DNA of 64,000 nt from Guillardia theta CCMP2712. Its lineage: Eukaryota; Protista; Cryptophyta. The DNA is taken from the NCBI RefSeq assembly GCF_000315625.1, contig NW_005434597.1, forward strand, positions 113,912 to 177,911, in the 5' to 3' direction. Numbering within the stretch: the stretch's first letter is position 1; every line of letters begins with the position of its first letter. Below the pieces are notes generated by a model. That model was not told where the DNA came from. It worked only from the letters and a program-made list of their open reading frames with translations, and made no database searches. Below are positions 22,614-34,400 of this stretch, in pieces. The position numbers and the translations under genes are program-made.

Positions 22614-24197
22614 TCATGCAAGACAGCGAACCTGCCTGCAAGACGCTGGGTGAGGTGACAAGAGGAAGGACATGCGAGGTGACGAAGAATGCAGAGGAGG
22701 TGGAGCTTGCCTTGCGAGAGCTGAATCACCTGGAGCGGACCATTGTCGAGAAACAAATCTAGCGAGAATGATGGGATGGGGCGAACGGGGAGAGACGATA
22801 TGTATATGCATGGATCAGCAATGTTTGTATAGAAAGAAATGTAACTTGCAGTAGGGAACTCGCAGCTTGTCCTCCCTTCACGTAGACCCCCGGTCGGGAA
22901 CATCATGACCTTGTTCTCCCTTGACCTCCTCCACCAAAGTGACTTGTGGTTCCGAAGGAGCAGGTGGAACTCCTTGCGGTGAAGACTTCTCCTCACCTCC
23001 ATGCTCCTCAAGTTCCATCTTCCCTTCCTCTTGTTTCTGCTCCGTCTCCTTCCCTTCATTCACTTGCTTCCGCTGGGCAGCAGCTGGAGAGAGCGTCGTG
23101 CTTTGCTTGTCCGTGGGCATCAACCTCGAGGAAGAGGTCACAGCCTGCCGCTCATGGCGCATCATCACCTCTGACTCATGCGCTCGAGTCTGTCAAGCAC
23201 AGAGTTCATCTTGTGGACGAACATCTGGATACAAAAGCTGAGTTCAAGCACGTCTTTCCTTCTCTTCTCAACCTTCCTTGCCTGCCTGTGCGGCTCTTCG
23301 CCCTCGATCTCGTCGACCTTCAGCAGGAGCTGAGACGTGTCAGTGAGAAGCAGGTGGGGACATGGGTGAGGCGATTGCAGGCAACCTTTTGTGCAGCGTC
23401 ATGCATGAAAGTTGTCAAGCTGAAGATCGTTAGGCCCAGGCGCATCAGGGTCATGATTAGATACCTCAACAGTTTCTTGGGAAGTTCGGCATCGACATCG
23501 AGGCGTTTCACGAGGAGCAGAGCTTCCAGGGCGTTGGCTTGCTGTACAGATCAAGTAAATCATGTGTATGACATGACATCACAACAGGTGAAGATGTGCG
23601 CTCGTCTGAGATGTCCAGTGAGATACTGTACCTCCTCCATCACTATACACTTGCTTCCGATCCGGTCGACAAGATGTCTGAAGACATTGGTGTGAGAGTC
23701 TATGGCCTGGAAGCATCGGCTTACTTGGTCAGCGAGATGGGCTCGACTTCTTGACCCCATGGAAGCCTGCGGTTGCAGTCATCTCTTCCGAGTGCAAACT
23801 CGCCAGGCCTACTGCTCCAGCGTCATTTCAACTCCATCCTGCAGGAAGAGCTTGGAGAGGTCCGCGTTGGGCTCCATAGGAGTAGAGTTCTGTAGTGCGG
23901 TTCAGCTCGCCTTCCTCTCCCACCTTTCTGGTACGTTGAGCAGAATTTTCTGCCTGGCCGGGAGAACTCCCGTAACAAGGAAAACACTTAGCTGGAAAGA
24001 AGCTGGGGACGACTGTCAGCACAAGCTCAATAGCAGAAAGATGATCACCCATGGTGGCCCCGAGATCAAGAAAGACCCGGTGCTTTGACTTCTCATACCA
24101 CAACACCGTGTAGACTACAGCCTGTCTGCACTGTTCACCAAGTCAGCTCCCCCTCAATAGTTGTTTCAATCACTTGTTTGGAAGGCTTGCCCTCCAT
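22614..24197 (-). CDS. Hypothetical helical protein; multi-exon; ends approximate
   Basis: Minus-strand exons bounded by GT-AG (MEGKPSKQ|CRQAVVYTVLWYEKSKHRVFLDLG...; HTNVFRHLVDRIGSK; RLDVDAELPKKLLRYLIMTLMRLGL). No family recognised. Confidence 0.5.
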
Positions 24198-24453
24198 GAG
24201 CTCTTTGGCTTGCTGAAAGAAAGCTTTCATGGCGAAGATCTGTTTTCATGGTTACAGGTTGAAACAGACTGACCGATTTCTAGATTGTCCTATCGTTCAA
24301 ATTCTGTTCTGCTTCCACTTCTCCCACTCCCGCTTCTGCTCTTTCACCGTCCTAGCTGCTTCTCAATATGTCAGCGTCCGCTCCCTCTTTCCTTCCTCCT
24401 CCATCCCCCAACTTCAAGCCATTGCGGCAAACACCACACATGAGCAAAGCAGG

Positions 24454-25030
24454 ATGACTGAGCCGCGGCACCGGGCACTACCCCGGACGGGGGCCCGCCG
24501 GCTATCGGACCGTACTACGCCGGCGGGGGGGCTTGACGGAACCGTGACGGTTCCGTCACCGGGCCGCCGGGGCCCGGGCCGGCCGGGCGGAGAGTCGGAC
24601 CCGGCAGGAGTCACGCTGAGTCAGTGGCCACCAGGCGGCCTTGTAGTGGAACGGCGTCCCCGGTCCATGACCGTACTACGGCGGGCCAGCAATGGCACTC
24701 ACTGAGCCGCCCGGCGCCCGGCGCTCCCGGTCCCCGGCCCGGAGGCGGCGGCTCTGGCCGCTGCCGCAGGCTGCCGCGTGCGGTGGCAGCGGCTCTAACT
24801 TAGTAACTTGACACGGTGCCCGAATTTCGAACGGACCGTCCGGCGCTATGCAGCCAGCCGTTGATGAATAGCCTGAGATCGAGCCCGGCATCGATCTCAG
24901 CGGCGGCAGTGACGGTGAGCCTACTAGGCTACTCAAGGCTGGCCCTAGTGCCGGCCAGGGCCCGCCGGGGCGTCCGGCAATGCTGTCGGAGACGGTCCCG
25001 GGCCGTCACGGTGAGTCCGCCTCGTCGTGT
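24454..25030. other. GC-rich low-complexity intergenic element rich in CCGG/GTGACGG words, with a perfect 12-bp inverted repeat at 24534-24558
   Basis: Abrupt compositional shift and recurrent CCGGG, GCCCGG, GTCACGG/GTGACGG words. TGACGGAACCGT-G-ACGGTTCCGTCA is a perfect hairpin. Confidence 0.6.
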
Positions 25031-25438
25031 AAGCTATAGCAGTCGAACTGGTAGTAACTAAAGTTGCACCTGGTACCTCACAGATCCGAGGAGTCTCGGC
25101 GGTACTAAATTTGTGCAGTACAAGAGCAGATGTTGAGTACTATGTGTACTTCAAGTAAACAAGTGAGTAATTAAATAGTACCACTATTTTAGTACCAGCC
25201 AGTTTCCTGGGGTTAAGCCGAACGACCGTAAGTGCGAAAGGTTACGGCAGGAGGAGAGGGGTGGGGTAGGGGTGGGATGGGGTAGAGGATGAATGAAGAC
25301 CTAGGAAGACTATGAAAGGTTATTATGAAAAGCAGACTCGCCTCAGAACCTTTCCTATCCCTTCACTACCCCACCCTCATAGTTCCTCTCAATGCTCCTT
25401 ACCCGCTCATGCGGGAGTTCAGATAGCAGTCGCCATAC

Positions 25439-28400
25439 ATGCTTGATTTTCATCTGACAACCTCCACTATGCTCCTTCTCTACATTCTCGCATCTTTACT
25501 TCTCTTTCACGCTCAACCTGCCTTTCAGAACAGTGTACAGCATGTAAATCCAAGATGTACAGTAGGTTCTTTCGACTCTACTACATTTGCAAGAGAATTA
25601 CTTCACACATGCGGAGTTCGACGAAATTCCAAATGTAGACAACTTTCAATTGATGCAGACAACATCAATAATGCAGCAGACAGCACTCCTCACACAACGT
25701 TTCGTTACGTTTTTAACGGCACAGTGCCGCATCTTGGTGTAGATCTTGGTAGACCTAAATGGATTCAGAGTATACAAGTCCGGCATATTTCAAAACAAAT
25801 ATCGTCAGGAATTTTGCAAGTTTTTGTTGGAGACGATCCAACTTCATTTCACATCAATCCTATCTGTACTTATAGTAACAGCAACGGAGATGTTTTCAGT
25901 AGAACGCGATTCAATGTTTCAACTACGTATACGATTCCTTGTAACTTGAAAGGGAGATACATATGGCTAGTAATCGCAGACAGCGACCTACGCACGCATG
26001 TTGAAATCGCTGAATTAAGAGTTTTTGGGGGTTGTTCAAAGTGTCCTTCCGGGTATACGACCAACCACAGTGGGGCTGCCAAGCTATCCGATTGCATCCT
26101 GGATTCGGTGAATTTACCAGCTGTATGCAAAGAAGGAGCAAGCGTGCATACCAATGCGATGCAACGAGTAGCACAAATCCTTGCTGCTAGGCCGGCTTGG
26201 GGAGTTTACCACGCCGAAGACTGGGATCCTCACACCAGGACAATATCAGAATCATTCGGTAGGCAGCTGCCGGTAACCAGCAGAGGTGATTTGAGGTATG
26301 AGAAGAAGAAGGGGTTCGGAGCAGATGCACCCATCAGCTCTTTGAATGGCAACATGTCTTCTGCTATGCTGTGGCCTTTTGGAAGTATTCCAAGATCTTT
26401 TACGATATGTGCGGTGACACGATATGCTGGTTCCAATAGAAGGAGGATAATACAAGGATCGACGGATTTCACGTTGGGTCACTACTTCAATGCAGTCGGT
26501 GTATCACATTCACAATCATGGATGACACAGAAGCAGCAGGCTTATTCAAACCCTCTTGATTGGCTCGTGATCTGCACGAAGAATTCCGGGGAAACTCCTG
26601 CGAATGTGAAGGTGTCTTCCTTACATGGAGATGTATTGTCTGTGGGAACCAGCATTGGTGGGGAGGTCTTTGGGAATATGATGATAAATGCTGGTCTCTT
26701 TCCGAATGATTCCAGCGACTTTTCATTTTCACAGGTGTACATATGGGAGCATGGTTTGTCTGCAGACGACATGGAGGCTTTGGTTTATTCTTTGAAATGG
26801 TATCTTTCGCATGGTATTGAATTACGCTATCTTGAATCAGTCTTCAACCCTCAAATAGTCCCTGGATTTGGATGTGATGTACCAGTTTCTTGCCCTTCAG
26901 ATTGGGTTTCAGTTCAGAGTGCCCCCGGCGTTCGTAGTCCCAACCCCCAATCATACCATGAAAGGATAGGAAACGAAGATGCAGAACTCTGTTACCTGCT
27001 CCTGCCATACCAGGGACTGCATAATGTCACAGTATACAATCTGTACTTTCCAAGGGAAATTATGGCAGCAGTGGTTGTCTTGGGTGGAGGTGGGGGTGGA
27101 GCTGCATTCGGTGGAGGAGGCGGAGGAGGAGGTGTCTTGCTGTCGAGATCCTTGCACATCGCGGCTGGCTTTCATTCTGTAACTGTGGGTAGGGGTGGAG
27201 GCGGAGGGGGTTCTGATTGGGCAGAGCCTGGCTGTGGAGGGAGAGGGTTCTCAAGCTCTTTCGACTCGTTCGTTGCAGAGGGTGGAGGTGGAGGAGCCTC
27301 CAGATCTCTACGTGCACAGGTGAAATCCATCGGTCACAACGGTGGGAGCGGGGGGGGAGGCTCGGGAACTCTCAATGCTGGATTGAGCACGCAACGCTCT
27401 TACGAGGGGTTCCTGGTCTTTGGCAACGATGGTGGCTCAGGAACTCTAGAAGATGCTTGCGCAGAAGAACCCCGCTTTTCCCACGGAGGAGGAGGAGGTG
27501 CTGGGGCACCTGGTGCCTCTGGACATTGCTTGCGTGGGGCTGGGGCGGGAGGACGAGGGATAGACGTCTCACCATATGTTGGAAATCGGATAGGGCAGGC
27601 TGGATGGATAGCAGGCGGGGGCGGAGGAGGAGCTCAGAATATGAACGTATCAATGTCAACTGCACAAAATGCCTTTAAGCCTTCAACAAGTCGTGGAGGA
27701 GGCGGAGCAGGAGGATATTTCCAGACATGCACTCCTGGTATATTTGGAACAGGAGGGGGAGGGGGAGGGGGAGGGGGAGGACAGAATAGCGGAGGCTGCG
27801 AGGGAGGTTCAGGGGCTGTCGTTCTCGCAATACGAGGTTCTGCACAGCGAGCTCATGCTGCTGGTGATGCATCTGCAATGCCTGCCCGCTCCTCGCTTCG
27901 TTCTCTTCTTCAGGTGTCGAACTTGGCCAATGCCTCCAACTCATCGGTGGCTGGAGGATCTAGTTCATCGATATCCAACATCTCCAACGCAACCTCAGCT
28001 CCCTCTATTCCTTCTGGGAGTGTGCCTACTACAGATGCAAAGATTACGCTATCAAACTACACTGCAGGCGCTATCACCAATGCATTGATCTCCTTTGCTG
28101 TCCCTCCTACAGCGCCGCTTCGAGAAAACTCTTCATATTTACTTGTTTTGCAGTTTCCAAGGACATTTCGAGTATGCTCCACCACAACGAGACTGGGAAC
28201 TATCTTGATTCCGGCTTCAGATTCCAGCAGTCAAGTCCGTATAGAAAAGGTTCAGGACGTTAGTAATCTGCAAGGATATTATCTTCCATGGTTGAATTAT
28301 TCTCTATTTCAACCCGACAATACGGCATTTTCAAGTGTCATGTACTTTAATCTTAGTGGATCTACAAGCACAAACTCTACACAGTTCATCCAATTTTCCA

Positions 28401-31400
28401 TCCAAGGACTTCAGAATGGACTCTACTCAGGTGATGACTCTCTTGCATGTGATGTTATTTGCCACTGACTGATTGAATTTGCAGGACTCTTTAAACCAAG
28501 TTATGAACAACGGGATTTCTTCGGACTCTTTGTCTTCGAATACCATCCTTATCTGAACTGTCCAGGCTGCATACAGATCATGTTTTATCAACAAGGAATT
28601 AATGATCCTTCATACCCAAATGCGATTCCACTTTACTTTGTTCCGAATTCATTCATCAATGTTTCAACACGACTTGAAGGGCTGAATCTATACATCCAGT
28701 TTCAGTCATCGAGCTGGATTCCTGGCAACGGACGTCTGGAGCTCAATTTGTCTGAGGGTGTTGCCTTTGGCACATCTCATGAAAGCAATAACATCTTGTC
28801 TTATGCTCCTTCATATTGTCCGTCAGAGAGCATAGCGACGCTGGGTTGTGCCATTCAAGGGATTGCTAAGTACAGCAACAAGAACCTCACTGTAACATTG
28901 AACAACGCCTTGGACATTGCAGTTGATTCAACTCTTCTTTTGAATCTCACAGGTGTTGAGACCTTCCTGCCACATACCTGTTCTCTCCCTGGTCCAAGAC
29001 AATTTTGCAGTACGTCTCCAATATCAATACGAGTGTACGAGTCCCCAGCAGCTACGAAGAATTTTCTTGTTGGACAGGCCTATTTGAAGTTGGGTCCGTA
29101 CAATGCTTCGGGAAAAGTTGAAATCTGGCCAAACGTTGCTGGAGCACAGAACGTCTCTATGAATTTTTCGGTGGTTTTGACCAATCCTTACTTCGGCGGT
29201 GATCTCATAAGAGTGTGTGTCCCCAGATATCTGCTAGATGTGACATCATCCGCAAATATATTGTGTCGAGCCCCTTTCGATCTCGATTTGAAAGTCTTCA
29301 AGTCAATTGACTTCTCTTGCTTGAATATCGTGAATCTGAAGCAGAATTTCTCTAGTAGAAAGTTAGATTTCTATTGCTCTGGTTTCGGTTTGAGAAACAA
29401 CAGTGGACCAATCTTCGACAAAATAATGGTTGAAACATTTTCTGAGGGGGTTTACCCAATCGACAAGGGCTACCTTCCTGTAGTTCCCGATCACGTCAAG
29501 TTTGTCGAACTTCAACTGGATCTGAGGGTCAACACCTGGATTTTTAACCTGGTGAATGGTGTTCCAATTTCGAGATTTGCTGAATTTGAAATTTCGTTTG
29601 ATTCAAATTTTGTTATGGGTTCTTCTTTTGCATATTTATCCTTTCAGACTATCAATGGTCCCAAGGCTGAAAGTCTAAACTACACACTCATATCCTCTCT
29701 TGAAAATAGAACGGTACTTTCCTTCAGGCGAACCGAAAATTTTACAATCCCATCCTGGACAAATTTGACAATTCAGGCTGATTTGCTCAACAGAACATAT
29801 TCTATGATTCTGACATGGAATTTTACAATCCTTTCTGATAGAGGGTTGCTGTTGGAACAAGGGATATCAAATACATGGATACCCTATTTTCCAGTGATAC
29901 CTCTCACTATCCGTTCGAATGACTCATCGGCTTCTGCAGCAGCCACTATCACCGCTGTTTTTCCTGAAAAAGTTGTGTTGGACTTTTCTCAGATGGCTGG
30001 GAAAAAGATAGTATCGATCGAGTTCGATCCCTGTTATGACATTCGAGGAGTGCATCTTTCCGTGTCTAATTTTTTTGGATTTGATTTGTCGTTTCCAATC
30101 TACCGAGATCACATCTGGGAATGGAATTTCACAGATACTGACATCTTTCCATTGGCATTTAATGTTGTCATTCAGAGCAACACTGTTGTGGGATATCTGC
30201 AGAGTTCCAAACCGAGTGAATCTCGGAATTCTGTATTTATGCTCCATGCCTGCAAAGAATATTCATTCACCGATTGTCTTCGACCATGTGGTGAACCAAT
30301 ACTCTTTTGTGCTGAGTTAACCACGAACTTTGAAAATTGTACCTGCGTGATGAAGGGGGTTGGCAACAATTCCAACTTTTCGTTCTTGAACTTGGATAAC
30401 CTGAGTATTGCTTTTGCAAACGTTCAAAACCCAGGCACTCTTCAAAAGAATATAAGAACTTTCAACATGAGTATCTATGATAATCTTGGAAGGATCCAAA
30501 ATAGTTCAGAATTTCAGTTGCCATCAACTACTTTTTCGAATTTGCCTGGTGCCTTGTTCAGCGTTGTCCCGGCGGAGGCAAAAGTTCTCTCGACGATTGA
30601 ATTTTCTGGTTTTGCTGTTGGCAGGTGCTTTGCGGGATCCATATCAATCTTTATCCCTGATTCATTTACCCTTTACAACAAGTCGATTGCATTCTTACAA
30701 ACTGCTTTCAACCTATCAAAAACGAATGTTGATAAGCGGATTCAACTCCAATTCAAGCCAGAATTGTATGTGCCATTCAAGGAATACTTGATTGCAAGAG
30801 GGAGATTGTATGATGTCATGACAGAGTATTGGAGCCTTGCAAATGAGCGAGTTGTTCAATTTCAGATGCGACTGGAAGAAACAATTATGAATCAATCTAT
30901 TATTGTCGGTGAGTCAGGAGTTCAAAATATTACACTTCGTTATCCTCCATTCAGGTTCGTGTCCATGCAGATGTTGGGAGATCATGGGATCAACACCTTT
31001 CAATATGTGAATCTTTCAATCAAGTTTTCCTTTTCCAAGATCAATCTGCTCTCAAACACTCGATTCAATATAACTCTTCCAAACAGTCTTTTTCTCAGAG
31101 ATGGCATACGGTCAATCACTATCAGTTTTTTGTGCGGCGGGAACGACTGTTTCATCTCACAAACACACGACATTTTGCTTCGTAACTTGTTCTATACAGC
31201 AAATAGCAATAATGTTATCCTTACATTTGTTCCTCTTATGCCTCTCTACAAACCTTCATATTACACATGCTTAAATGCAGGTCCAGATTTCGACGAGATT
31301 TCATTTGTGATTCCGAATATCTTGCTGTCATATTTCGAACGAGAGGTTGGCGTTGTCACATTAGAATTGCAACAGATGGAATCCCATAATATCAAAATTT

Positions 31401-34400
31401 TGAATCGCACATATTACAACATTAGTGAAATCATTGCGCCGTACATTGTGAAGTCAGCCATCTTGGAGTTTGTTCCTTCTGTGATCAATCAATCGTACAT
31501 TCAAACTTCTTTGGAGGTAAGAAGACCGCTATCTGACAGGGATCGGATTCTTATTGAATTTCCGCTCACGTTTTCCACATGTCCACTGGGGGGATGCAAT
31601 GTAAATCAACTGCGATCGATGAAATTGAATTCATACAGATCGATAAAAGTATCAACGTGGGTCAATGACTCCCAACAGATCTTGCATGTTCAGAATGTCT
31701 CATTTGAGAATGACCAAAAGAGCATTTCCTTCCTCATCGGACAAAATGTGTCTGTAGGGACGAATGTTTCTATCAGAATGGAGGGGTTCGCATTTCCTTA
31801 TGTACCGGCTCCACAAATCCAGTTCTTGAATTTGACGATCTTTGAAGGTTCCTCCAGCAGAGTGATTGGGAGAATAGCATATACCCGTGCCCTTAGTACC
31901 ATTCTACCAAACCCAGGTGCAGCAATGACATATTTGAGCTCAACCATAGCAGGTTCACAAAGTAATTTTTCAATACTGTTTTTGAATTCCTTTACTTATG
32001 GCATGTTTCAAACTATTAACATCACCACGATTTCGGATTTCAAGTTCGACTTTTCGAGGACAGACATCATTGTATTCATCGGGCAATCCAGAATTGATTC
32101 TCTCACTGTTTTTCGAGTGAACCGGGAGGCTCTGTATCTGACTTTCGATGTACAGATAAACACCTATGCGCTTGTCGAAGTGCTTCTCATTGGTGTGTAC
32201 AACCCACCAACTTCTGGGCGCCTGAACAAACTTGCCTTCTCGGTAGCTGACCAAATGTTCTCGAACTACAGCACAAGTGTACTTGAGAATATATTGACGA
32301 CTCCAGGGAATATTTTGGATCCCTCCATGAACCTGTCAAACCATTATCCTGGTCAAGTCGTTGAAATGATCTTGAAATTTACTGTTTCGAATTCGATCCC
32401 TCTACATGGACAACTGGATATTCAGCTGCAAGATATAAACATAAATGCAAATGCCTTGCAGCTTCGAGAAGCATTCTTTCAAGACGTGTTTGGGACAAGG
32501 CGTTTTTTCATTGGAAATCTTACACAGCTTGGACAGAATATTTCAATTACAATTACAAGTTTCCCTCAAAATGAGATCGGAACGAACCTTCCTCAAGGAA
32601 TTCAATCATTCAGTGGAGCAGCCAATTCTCAAGTGATTCCTTCATTCAGCAACGTCACGCTCCGTCTTGACGGCTTGGAAACGTTGCCATACGTTTCTCG
32701 AGTCTTTTTTTCCATCCAAACAAAGCAGTACTTTGGTGATTACATTGACATAGTACATAATGTAGCAGGCTCTCAAATAGTGCCAGGAATTGTTGAAGGA
32801 AACTTCCAGCTTCAGATGCCATATGTTTCAATTTTCACTCCTTTTGCTCTACACCTATTTCCGTCGATCGATTTTGTTTGCGGCTACTCCATTACAATAC
32901 AGTTTCCTCCCTCAATCCAAAACGTAATGTTTACTAACTACAGCAACATTCTTGGAATTATGTGCAATGTGACAGTAAATCAGTCAAATCCACAAACATT
33001 TTACATAAATTCGTACAGACGAATGGAATCGACTTACTCAAGCAATCAAACAATTTTATTCAAAAATTTGTCTTTAATCGGTTATCTCAAAACGCCAAAT
33101 GTGTCTGGAACATACAACAACATCAACATTTCAGTGCTGAGTAGCAATGGAATCCCGATTGACTTAGGACAGGGCACATTAAGTGTAAACTATTCAAAAT
33201 TTACTTCTGTTAGAATGTACGCAAGGTACGACTTTTATCGTGGAGGATTATCTGCAGATACCCTAGGATCAAACTTCCTGACGATTTCTATTCGACCATC
33301 GGTGCCCATTCTTGGCAAAGTTTTGCTGATCCTAGAGCTTCCGATTTGGCTGGCAGCATCCAATCCAAAGCTACTTCAATGCAACTTTGGTCGATGCATC
33401 CACTCTCTGACTCCACTGAACAGTACGACGAATTCATTGCCTTTCAACGCATCTCAGAGCTTCTTCCAACTCGTGGAATTGACTTATGATCCTAGAGTCA
33501 ACATCAGCATAGGCTTCACCTTGAAGTCGTTCTTCATACCTTCCCGCTATGTTCTCCCTGAGCAGTTCTTTGAGATTGCCTTTGGAATAGCGGACCAAGA
33601 GTACAACCTGATACAAGTTGGCACAGCAAGGCTGAACTTGTCCCAATCAAGACTACAGAGGGTTCCGGTGCTGACGGCAGTTGATTACTTGCCACCCCAG
33701 CTTTGGAATAAGTCGACCTGCACGCTTCCGAATGCTGCTTTCTGGCTAAACAATTTCACTGTGAATGAATCTTCCTTCTTTCAAGTATTCTCGTTCATGA
33801 CAAATCAAGAAATTCCAATTTACGGATTTGCTCGAATTGTGATCCCTTTGAATCAATTACGCTTGCTGAATCTATCAACCATTTCGTTCAATTCAACATC
33901 AATGGTAAATTACAGATCATGCTCGTATCCGCTTCGAACTAGATGTGAGGAAAATTTTGGAGAAGCGAATTACTCGTTCACAAATTACTCGCTCAACAAA
34001 GGACTTGAAATTTCCATCCAATTTTTTTCTGAGATTCCAAACGATTCAATTGTGGATATCTTCAATCTGAGCCAGCCATTTCCCTTCGTCAATCCAATAT
34101 ACTCTCAACTTTTCTCAGGAAATTTCTCTGTCTACACTGTCGACAACGTTTTTAATCTCATTGATACCAGTGAGAACTTTGTACCACAATATTGCCAATT
34201 CTCAAATCGTTACACACTCACCTTCACAGAAATTTTAAATGTTTACCTTTGGGATGAACGAGCAAGCTCTCAGCAGTATGATCAGCTCTATGTTCGCAAT
34301 GGGTACCTAGGCGGAAAAGGAGGCTTCTATTTCAACCTATCTTTTCAAACTGGAATTCGAACCAATGAAAAAATTGTGATTTCCTTCCCAAGAGACTTCA

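Noticed and set aside
25469-25530. Plastid targeting of the giant protein (QPA-F resembles the ASA-F motif)
   Set aside because: No clear Ser/Arg-rich transit peptide follows, and the disulfide- and sequon-rich extracellular domains argue for secretion; not formally excluded.
28466-28580. Stop-codon readthrough or selenocysteine joining giant ORF1 and ORF2 (same frame, TGA stop)
   Set aside because: A canonical 54-nt GT-AG intron with a CTGAC branch word removes the stop more simply.
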